In this document: piece by piece, positions 10,330 through 19,301 of the stretch
Layout: the number at the start of each line of letters is the position of its first letter
Numbering within the stretch: the first letter of the stretch is position 1
From: Raillietiella orientalis
Lineage: Eukaryota
Direction: 5' to 3'
Assembly: GCA_036172245.1 (NCBI GenBank)
Contig: JAYWIR010000130.1
Location: 61,474 to 81,473 of the forward strand
Length of the DNA: 20,000 nucleotides
Translations under genes and position numbers: made by a program
Notes under the pieces: model-generated
What the model was told of the DNA's origin: nothing
The model's input: the letters and a program-made list of their open reading frames with translations, nothing else
The model's database searches: none

Positions 10330-13243
10330 TTCACACCCGGATGTGCCGGGGCATTAATTTCTTAAAAATAAAATAACAGAAAAATTGTCGCGTGGCGAAC
10401 CCGAAGGTTCACCACTCCAAAACAGCTTGCTGGTTACCGGCTCCGTGCCGAAGAGGTCCTTCCGATGCGCGGGGATGGGAAATAAAGAAAAACAAAAAGA
10501 AACAAAAAGTTCAAATGTGGGGGGGAACAAATGTTGTAGGGGTGGGAGGGCGGGGAAGGGATCACGGTGCGCGTGGAGAGGTCCTCTAGATCCTATACAG
10601 GATCCGCACAAGCTGAGTCCTTTCAGCGCCCAAGTGGCGCCACTTGCAGACACTTCGCGCGAAAACGCGAGTCCAGTGTAAGGCGTTGCCGGTTGGCTGA
10701 CGTCTTCTTCTGGTGGCGTTCCAGGCCGCCACGATCCCTCGAATGCAGCAGAGGACTGCTACAGAAGAGGGGGGGGACAAGGCGTCACAACGGAAGAGGA
10801 GCCTGAAAACGTCCTTAGGGCCGCATCCGCGCAAGTCCAGGATCGCCGTAAGGCGATCCCATAAAGGGCGGATGGCACTGCACTCGATGAGAATGTGAAG
10901 GAAGGTCTCTTTTTCCCCGCACCGGTCACAATAAGGATCCACAGCCCCCCGGGTTGTGCGATGAAGGCGTGCTTTGAATGGAAGTCCCCAGAGGACCACA
11001 AGCAACGCCACATCCTGCCATTTCAAGGGGAGGGATCCACTGTTTCAGGACGCCGGGGGCCACTTTATCTCCTCCGGAGATAGTCCGAGTAGCTCGCCCC
11101 AGCGTCGAATTCCGTTGGGCGGGACTCTCGGCGTCACAGCGTCCGCTAGCTGCCGAGATGTCCACGCCATAATCGTTTGTGTCCCGCCTCCAATCGTGCA
11201 GGACACGTTCCATTTTAAGCTCCCTACTGTCCCTGGCGTCGATGAGGGAGGGCAGCACTGGGGCAAGGGGGGTTATCAAAGCCCACATGCGCTTTCCGTG
11301 GGACTGCACGATCTTCTGCAGTTTCCAGCGGGCGTGCCTTTGCAGGAAAGTGTTTCTTGTGCCCGCCGAAACGAGGATCTTTACCCAGGTGGACACTGCC
11401 TCGTGCAGCCATGCAGAGTAGTTCCCTGGGCGGCAGAAGATTCAGTCGTTCACCCGTACCGCAACTTCCATGCGACGCAGGATTAAGCAGCCGTGTGCTT
11501 CTCTGCGGTCGCGTGCCAGCAGAAACGACAAAAGTCCGTCGAATCCGCAGGCATGTTTGGCCAGGAGGCGTGCTGGAACGCACCAAGGCGTGTCCTACAA
11601 TTCCGCCGCAAGGGCAAGAGTCCTGAATCTGAGTTGTAGTTCAATGCGCTCCAGCGTAAGAACGCCAAGTCCTCCGTCCTTACGTGGAGCGCACAAGTCT
11701 TTGAGCCTCACACGGGACATCGCTTTGCCCCAAAGGACTGTCCTCAGGAGGCCCGCTGCTCGTTTGCGGATGAAGTAAGGGGCGGGGCACACAAAAAGTA
11801 GGGGGCCAAGAAACGGGGGCCGCAAACGCGTTCCACACCTTGGCCCGTTCCTGGAAGTAGAACTTGCCTTCTTGGAACGGACCGATCGCCAACGCTGCCT
11901 TTTGGAGACGGTCGGACCAGGCTTCTGCTGCGCAGAAGTCCCCCAACGGTACGCCGAGGTACTTGAAGCACCTGCCCGTGGGGATCCCCAAGCGGATCCA
12001 GTCCGACCGTCCAGCCCAAACCGAACCGACGAAGACCATGGACGACTTCGCCCTGTTCACCTCCAGGCCCGTCCCGCGGCGCAGCAACTCGAAGAAATCT
12101 TTGAGCGCTGACGCCGGGGTGGACCGAAGGAGCAGGAGCACGAGGTCGTCGGCGTAGGTTGACACGGCAGGCGTGCCGGGACACGAGCTTGGCAGGGTTG
12201 ACAGAGTCTCCCTGTATGCCCTCAGCACCAGCTCGAAGTAGATGCTGAAGAGCATAGGGCTCAGACTGTCACCCTGCCTTTTGCCACGCCGAACCGGCAC
12301 GCCGTACACATGCCGGCCGCTAAAAGAGATGTTTATTAGAGCAAAGCGCCAGCAGGAGCGCAGGTAAGCCCGTAAGACGGCCGGGAATCCCAAGCGTTCC
12401 AGGAGCTCGAGAAGCAGTTCCTGGTCGACGCAATTGAACGCTTTACGCAGATCGACTGCGACCGCAAGGGCACCGGGCTCGGCTCTTCCATGATGGGCGC
12501 CCCCTCCCTGGTCAGACGAGAATCCAGGATTCTCTTGACCTCCCTGGTCTTCGCTTTGTTGCAACTGCCACCATGCTTCGTCCGGGAACAGCGTATGTCT
12601 GCTCCGGACTCACCACGGATTCCGCCACCCGTCCCAGTCGCTCAGCCCAAAGCTTGGCAAGCAACTACGCATACGCATTCACTACTGTGATGAAACGCCA
12701 GTTGCCTACGTTGCGATTGTCTCCTCCTTTCGGCAGGAAACGTACTCTAGCTGACCGGAACGATTTGAAGACGTCCCCTTGTTCTCGGATCAGCATGCTT
12801 AGCCGATGCACCAAGGGGGCCAGATCCGCCACGAAGCCTTGGTAGAACTCCGCGGGCAGACCGTCTTCCCCTGGTGCTTTTCTCTTTCGGAGCTTTCCGA
12901 TGGCGGAGACGATCTCCGCCATCGAGAAAGGCTGCGCGAGTTCATGTGCCTGCTCCTCCTGCAGCGCGGGAGCGCCTTGAGGCAGCAAGCGCTGCGCCAC
13001 GGCGTTCTCTGTTGTTCTACGCGCGTACAAGGAGGAGTAATAGTCCCGCAGGATGCGGTTTATTCTCGCCGGAGCTGAGCATTCTTGGCCTTGGGCGTCC
13101 AGCAAGCTGGGCGACCCGGATTGCCAGGTCTGTCGCTCAGCCCCAGCTTTATACTCCGCTAGGCGTCGAACGTCGGGAGTCCTAGAGTAAAGACCGGCGT
13201 GGTGGTATGCCCGGTCTTTCCTCTGCCCTTCGCGGAATGCCGG
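10330..13243 (-). mobile_element. Element I: ORF2 (linker, RT, C-terminal CCHC) plus type III 3' UTR; interrupted by J
   Basis: KAPGEDGLPAEFY, VDLRKAFNCV, RQGDSLSP, YADD, FKYLGV, CDRCGEKETFLHILIEC. Stop at 10586-10588. Terminal hairpin at 10336-10350. Confidence 0.92.
13230..13243 (+). repeat. Target-site duplication of J, left copy
   Basis: TCGCGGAATGCCGG here versus TCGCCGAATGCCGG at 16091-16104 (13 of 14 identical). Confidence 0.8.
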
Positions 13244-16090
13244 AGCCGAGCGACAAGCCTGGGAATCCGGGTCAGCCAGCATGCTGGATGACCTGGGTCG
13301 GGAACGTTCGTCCCCGTCTGCGGTACGGAATCTCGTGCGGTGTTTTTATTCCTCCCTTTACGCCAAAACGCCACCCGAACAAGACGCCTCGCGGCGATTG
13401 CTCATGAGTGGTTCCGTGGCGATAGGGGAGGAGGAGAGAGAATGCCTCGATGAGCCTTTCACGACCGGTGAAATTCTCGCCGGTATCAAAAGGCTCAAGA
13501 GGCGTAAGGCGCCAGGGAAGGACGGCTTGCCCGCGTTGTTCTTTCAGAGTTTCGCGGAAGAGCTGGCCCCCCTGGTGCTCGAGTTGACAAGGCGAATCCG
13601 AGACGAAGGCGATGTTCCCGCCTCATTTCGGTCAGCCAGGGTGAGGCTCCTCCCGAAGGGAGGAGTCCTCAGGAAACTTTGCAACTGGCGTCCGATCACG
13701 ATTGTGAACACGGACGCCAAGTTGATTGCCGGGCTGTGGGCGTCGCGATCGGGGAAGGTGTCCAATTCCATAATTAGCCCGGAGCAGACATACGCTGTTC
13801 CCGGGCGAAGTATGGAGGACAACCTCTTCTTCGCGAGCACATGGATGCACGCGCAGCGGAGTAATAAAGAAGGGAAAGGGAAAATTTGCAACCCTACTTT
13901 GGGGCCGCCAGTGGGACAGGGTAGGGACCCTCATGCGGGAAAGGGGGCCTTAGCGATCGCAGTCGACCTCCATAAGGCATTCGACTGTGTTGACCAGGAA
14001 CTCCTCTTGGAGCTCCTGGGTCGCATGGGCTTCCCACCCTCCTTGATTACCTACCTGCGCTCTTGCTGGCGGAACGCGATAATCTCAATTACTTTCAGTG
14101 GACAAAAGGTGTATGGCGTGCCGGTGCGGCGGGGCATAAGGCAGGGCGACAGCCTCAGCCCCCTGCTGTTTAGCACCTACGCGGAGTTGGTGCTGAGAGC
14201 GTACAGGGTGACTTTGGCCCCCTTGCCGAGCTCGTGCCCCGGCACGCCAGCCGTAGAAGCGTATGCCGACGATCTTCTGCTCCTCTTACCTATGTCCACC
14301 CCGGCGAAGGCGGTCGGAGATTTCTTCGACCTGCTTAGCCGTGGGGCCGGATTACAGGTTAACAGGGCAAAGTCGTCAGTGTTAGCAGTTGGAGAGACGT
14401 GGGCAGGACAGCAGGACTGGGTCCGTCTGGGGATCTTCACGGTGAGGTGCATCAAGTACCTCGGTGTGCTGTTGGGGGACTTCTCTCCTGCGGAAGCGTG
14501 GTCCAGCTGCCTCCAAAAAGTCGAGACGGCGATCGACCCGTTCCTGGAAGGCAAGTTTCACTTGCCGGAACGGGCCGCGGTTTGGAACGCCTTCGCGGCT
14601 TCCATCCTCCGCCCCTTGCTTTTTGTTTGCCCCGCCCCCGTGGAATCAAAAAAGCGTACGAAGGACCTCCTGCGCATAGCTCTTTGGGGCAAGGGGAGGC
14701 CCCGAGTCCCTTTGAAGTACTTGTGCGCTCCGCGTCGGGACGGCGGTCTCAGCATCCTGACGCTGAAGCGTGTGGAAATCCAGCTGCTATGGCGTAACCT
14801 CGCCATCGCAGCGAAGATGTGGAGCACCGCTTGGTACATTCCTGCCCGCCTCCTGGCCAGGCGTGTGTCCCGCTGCGAAGGACTCGCATCGTTTCTTCTG
14901 TGCCCTGGCCGGAAGATTCGAAGATGCGGTCTACTGCTCGGCCGCAGGGCAACCCTGGCAAAGGAGAACGACTGGATGGTTTGTGGCCCTGCCAACTCCT
15001 CCGCTTGGCTGGAAGAGACTGCTGGCACCTGGGCCAAGCTGAACCAGAGGTGCGAAGACCAGATGAACTGCCTGCGAGTCGGCTTTTACGCCCGCCGAAC
15101 TCTCCGTGAAATACTTGAATTTCCCCCGAGTTGCACGTGGGCGGAAAGCACACCCCTTGTTACGGCGATGCCCTTCCTCTAAAGGGCGCTTCACGAAAGC
15201 CGGAAGCCAAGGTGGCAAGTCTGCTGCCGTATCGCAGGCAGAGAGAAGACGATGAGCGGCTGGACCATGGGGGAGTTGACAGATGCAACGACCCCTGGTA
15301 TCCTGCCGCGTGGATTAAGAAGATGGAGCGAGCTGCTCCGCATTTGATTGGATGACCTGAAGTGGCCCTCGGTTCTACTTGGATCCAGGATTCTTCCCCT
15401 GAAGTGGCAAGAATCGGCGCTTCTGTGGCTGCATTGAGGTCTACCCTGCAACGCGCGCCGCTTCCACTGGACGCGGGGAAGAGTAAATCCTGCGTGTGCC
15501 AGGTGTGGGGAGCGGGTGTCGCTCCCCCACCTCTTAATTGAATGCCCTGCCGTCCGGATTCTTTGGAAACGTCTTCAAACGGCACTTGGGATACCGGATG
15601 CTGGCAATGGTGGATGTATCTTCAGTCTTGTCTTCGTGCGGGACGCCCTCAGTCCAGCTGCAGCCCTGGCAGCACTTTGCTGCATTCGTGGTATAGTGGC
15701 GGCCTGGAGTGATGCCGAAGATGAAGACTGCATCGTGAGGAATGTCATCGAGTATGCTTCTCGCTTCCTGCAGAGAGCTACCCGATGGACCCATCTAGGA
15801 AGGATGAAAAACGAACTAGAAGGCATCCTGCAAAGGATGGGCCCTCCTAGCAGTTCTCTGTGATCCCTTCCCGGCCCTCCAAACTTTTTTTTTTTGTGGT
15901 TTGTTTTTCTCTTTTATTTTATTTTTGTGTTCTCCCCCATCCCCCTCCACTGCTGAGGAGAGCCACACCGAGCTGCGTCCCGGTGTCCCGGCAGTTCCGG
16001 TTTTGCGTGGCCGTCAGTGGGGCCTTGTACCACGTTCTGTATTGACCGTTGAAATGTTTTTAATAAACGTCCCGGCGTATTTGGGTGGCA
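13244..16090 (+). mobile_element. Element J: 5'-truncated insertion (about 2.85 kb) with TSD, antisense within I; type I 3' UTR
   Basis: Flanked by TCGC(G/C)GAATGCCGG. Contains RT, C-terminal CARCGERVSLPHLLIEC, stop at 15861-15863, AATAAA and terminal hairpin. Confidence 0.93.
13281..15863 (+). pseudogene. Element J ORF2: uninterrupted 633-aa stretch covering the whole RT domain, then a disrupted C-terminus
   Basis: KAPGKDGLP, NWRPITIVNTDAKL, VDLHKAFDCV, GIRQGDSLSPLLF, YADD (14262-14273), IKYLGV, RRDGGLSI. First stop at 15180-15182. No endonuclease because of 5' truncation. Confidence 0.93.
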
Positions 16091-16104
16091 TCGCCGAATG
16101 CCGG
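16091..16104 (+). repeat. Target-site duplication of J, right copy
   Basis: TCGCCGAATGCCGG directly follows the J tail GGGTGGCA. Confidence 0.8.
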
Positions 16105-16146
16105 TGTGGGTGGACGTGTTTTTTTGGTCACTCCGCCAGCGCTTGT
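16105..16146 (-). mobile_element. Remnant of element I on the far side of insertion J
   Basis: Follows the second TSD copy. On the minus strand it encodes KKHV and contains CGCTGGCGGAG, homologous to B 4203-4230 (CGCAGGCGGAG...EKHV). Confidence 0.65.
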
Positions 16147-16207
16147 CTGGGAAGCACCCGGAGTTTTTTAGTGTAGTCAGGTGTAAAGTGTGGGTCGTCG
16201 GTGTCCG

Positions 16208-17942
16208 ATGGCAGTTGTGCCAGAGGACACCGCGATGGATGTAGTTGTGGGGGAGGCAAGTCCTCCCACATGACGTACAGCTATGGGGGCAATAGTCCCT
16301 GGAACGTCTTCGCAGTCGGCGAAGAATTGGAGTGAAATGGTCGCCGCCCCCAGTGCGGAGGCCATGGCCGAGGAAGCCGCCTATGGGGCCTCTAAATACA
16401 AACCATCGCTTGTATACAAGGTAGGCCCTTTGTTTGAAGGAAACACGGCGCGCTCCTTCAGCAGTGCGCTTCAAAATGCTAATGTCCGTGAGGAAGATCT
16501 GGAAGGTCTGTGCGTGCTCAGCGGGGCGCAGCGGGTTGTGCTGGTGTGCTAGAGCATCAGCCTAGCCGATCGCCTTATAAATACCCCGCTGATCATGGAC
16601 GGCCGAAAGATCTTCCCGGTGTCAATGGACCACTCGGTTGTGGTCCACTTGACAGGAATATCCAAGCGCATGACGCGCACTGCAGTGAAGGACGAATTAA
16701 GCAAGTACCGGGACGTACACGCGCTGTGGCCGAAGCCCACAATCTTTGAGGGCTACGGACGCCACTTCGGGGGCCTCGCCGCGGCACGTGTAACCCCAAA
16801 AGACGAAGCGAAGCTACCCCACAAACTTGAGGTCGCGGGAGAACCGGAAGACCTCTGGTATGCGGGCAAGTTACGGTATTGCGGCTACTGCGATGCGGTC
16901 GGACACATCCGAAAGAGGTGCCCAAACATCGTATGCTACTTGTGCGGGAAGAAGGGACACGTCCGTCGCGTGTGCCCTAAACGCCCCACCCCGATTCCCT
17001 CGGCCGCCAAAAAGGGAGAAAGAAAAATTGGAGAACCGTAAAACTGGCCGAGAAAAGCTGCCAATAACCCAAGCTCCCAGCGCGGCATCGGAAAAAAACC
17101 TTCCCAAGACCGCAGAGAGAGAACAGGGCTGGCAGCTAGTCAAAGCCAAAAAAGAGAAAAAGGACAAGCATGTCCCGAAGAAAGGAGAGAAGGCGGCGGC
17201 CGGAACAAAAGCTAAATCCGTGTCGCGCGTAAAAACTTTCCGAGAATGCACGGTTACGCTGGAGCGCATTGACGTTCCCGCCGACGCCACCGCAGGCGAT
17301 ACGGCTTCGATCGATTTTCCCGCCGCCACAAATGCGCGCGAAAACCCACCCCTTGCTTGCGAAGAGGTTCAGCCGGACGACAAAATCGCCGAAACGGAGG
17401 ACGCAGCCTTCGAGAAGACCGCGGAGGAGCTCGCGGCAACGCTTGCCGAACGCGAGAACCCTTCGCGAAAGGGGTTGCGTAGGCCGGCAGCGGCTAAAAT
17501 GGCCCCCGCATGTGAGTCGGACCGGGAGGCCGGAAGTGCATCCTCCTCTGCGGAAGCACCATCAAGGAAAGCGGGGCAAAAATCCCAGAAACCCCGAAGG
17601 TGCATTCCGCCTCCGCGCGAGGGGGATCCAATGGAGAAGGAAACAGTGGATGAGAGCGTAGGAGCCCATGTCGGGCATCACCCACGTGCGGAAGCCGACG
17701 AGAAGGCGACTCCAATGGAGGAGGGTAACCAGGGGTCAGCAATGCCCTCTGAAACCGCCGAACCTGAACCACCCGCACCAATGGACGTGGGCCAACAGGT
17801 ACGAACAACACCTCCTTCGCACGGGCAGCCGGAGACGTCGGCACGTAAGAAGGATGGGGAGTTGGTGGGCAAGACGCCAACCCCGTCCAGCGATTAGCCC
17901 CAAGAGGTGGCAGGAGCACCACCGCCAGGTTCCCAGGAATAA
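16208..17942 (+). pseudogene. Element G ORF1 (gag-like, two CCHC knuckles), disrupted
   Basis: ATG 16208 (MAVVPEDTAMDV). In-frame stops near 16271, at 16550 and at 17895; frameshift near 17020. CGYCDAVGHIRKRC-PNIV-CYLCGKKGHVRRVC. Inferred ancestral end ...SQE-TAA at 17940-17942. Confidence 0.88.
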
Positions 17943-18117
17943 CACCTGGACTCGTTTGTCGCCGTCGGATCCGCGCGGCCAGTTGGAATATTAACGGGTT
18001 GCGCGACGACGGAAACAGACGAGATACAGCCGCCACCTTGCGAGATTTCGACCTGGTGCTTTTGCAGGAGATCCACGTGATCACTGCAAAAGACGCCCAG
18101 GAGATCGAAACGATCGC

Positions 18118-18131
18118 GGGAGGGCGGTTGT
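18118..18131 (+). repeat. Target-site duplication of K, left copy
   Basis: GGGAGGGCGGTTGT, identical to 19288-19301. Confidence 0.92.
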
Positions 18132-18161
18132 TTGTCACCCGGGTGCGCCGGGGCGTTTATT
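18132..18161 (-). terminator. Conserved 3'-terminal motif (AATAAA plus CCCGG-N5-CCGGG hairpin); representative of six copies, function inferred
   Basis: Other copies near 5751-5780 (+), 8146-8175 (-), 8922-8951 (+), 10330-10360 (-) and 16062-16090 (+). Confidence 0.6.
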
Positions 18162-19287
18162 ATAAACTATCCGGGAACAGGGTTCCCGGACAAAGGGGAA
18201 AACAAGAGACGAAGGGGGTGGGATCCCCGACACGCAGGTCGGTATGCCGAAAGTCCGGAACGGTAGGGAAGGGACCACAAACACACTACTATATAAAAAA
18301 ATAAAAGAAAAATATGGAGGGCAGGGGACAGGGGTCTTTGGTAAATCCGTTCCTTCCTTTCAACACCGGCGATGGATGCCGGCGATCTCTCTCCTTACGC
18401 CCTGTGGCAGATGGGTTCACTGGGCAGCAAACGACATGTTTGCGCTGGCTAATCCGGTGGGCTGACAAAGGATGGCCAGCTTCTCCAACTCTCGGTGGGC
18501 CTTGTCGATGGCGCGGGTGCAACACACGGTTGCAACGACAGCACCCAATGACAGGCCGCCTGGCGTGAAGAAGCGGCGCATCAACTTCCTCGCGGTGTCC
18601 CCCTGGTGCAGGAGAGCTGAGGCCAGCCTCCGGCAGAGTCCTAGAAGGGCACCGCAGTCCAGGAGCAGGTGCGGGAGCGTTTCCACTTCCCCGCACCGCT
18701 TACAGTTTGGGGAGACGACTCCCCCGGAAACAAGGTTCGTGCGCTGGTTGGAGTGAAAACCCCAATGCACCATCATAATCACATCCTGCTTCCACGAAAG
18801 GGGGAACACAGAAGTGTTCAGACACGAGGGAGGAACCACAAGTTCTTCAAGGGGCACACTCAAGTGTTCGCTCCACCGAAGAAGTCCCTTCGGAACGTGG
18901 CGAGGCGTGGCGGCGTCCGCCAGCTCGCAAGTCTTACAGCCGCCAATAGGTCGCGTTGTTCCTGCGATGGTGCAGGCGACCTCCCATCTCGCCGGTTCGC
19001 AACTGTCATCTCTTGCCCTGAGGGCTGACAGCGCGTCTTCGAGGGGGGTGACGGCCAGGCGGGTCCACTTCTCCTGGCTGTTGCACACCTCATCCACCGT
19101 GCAGTACGGGGAGAGGTGAGCGCAACGGAGTTCCAGGAGGGAAACATCCTGGTGCTTTGCCCAGCCATGCAACGATTCCTGCCGCCAGGCTTGAAAGTTC
19201 GTTGGGCGGCAGGAGATCCATTCCTGGGCTTCCAGGAGCCGATACAGCGGTTTCAAGGGGAAACCGAAGCTTCTGGTGGCGCGCTTG
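18132..19287 (-). mobile_element. Element K: 5'-truncated insertion (1156 bp; ORF2 C-terminus plus type II 3' UTR), antisense within the G endonuclease
   Basis: ORF 18417..19256 contains CKRCGEVETLPHLLLDC. Ends AATAAA-CGC-CCCGG-CGCAC-CCGGG-TGACAA. Perfect 14-bp TSD. Confidence 0.94.
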
Positions 19288-19301
19288 GGGAGGGCGGTTG
19301 T
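19288..19301 (+). repeat. Target-site duplication of K, right copy
   Basis: GGGAGGGCGGTTGT. Removing K and one copy restores IAGGRLYWRCG, as in A. Confidence 0.92.

Noticed and set aside
10320..10335. Universal ANNRCC target consensus (ACAACC follows both the I and K tails)
   Set aside because: The TSD-defined junctions do not align in a single register, and the leading A often belongs to the tail. Only the narrower CGCC(GAA) pattern was kept.
13281..15182. Stand-alone or bacterial RT gene (retron, group II intron, DGR)
   Set aside because: The motifs, the APE and CCHC context, the 5' truncation and the TSD all indicate a non-LTR retrotransposon fragment. The Met at 13281 is internal.
15953..16040. 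Hammerhead or HDV-like ribozyme in the type I 3' UTR (CTGAGGA near 15953)
   Set aside because: No GAAA core after a stem II, the motif is not conserved in F, and I could not build an HDV double pseudoknot.
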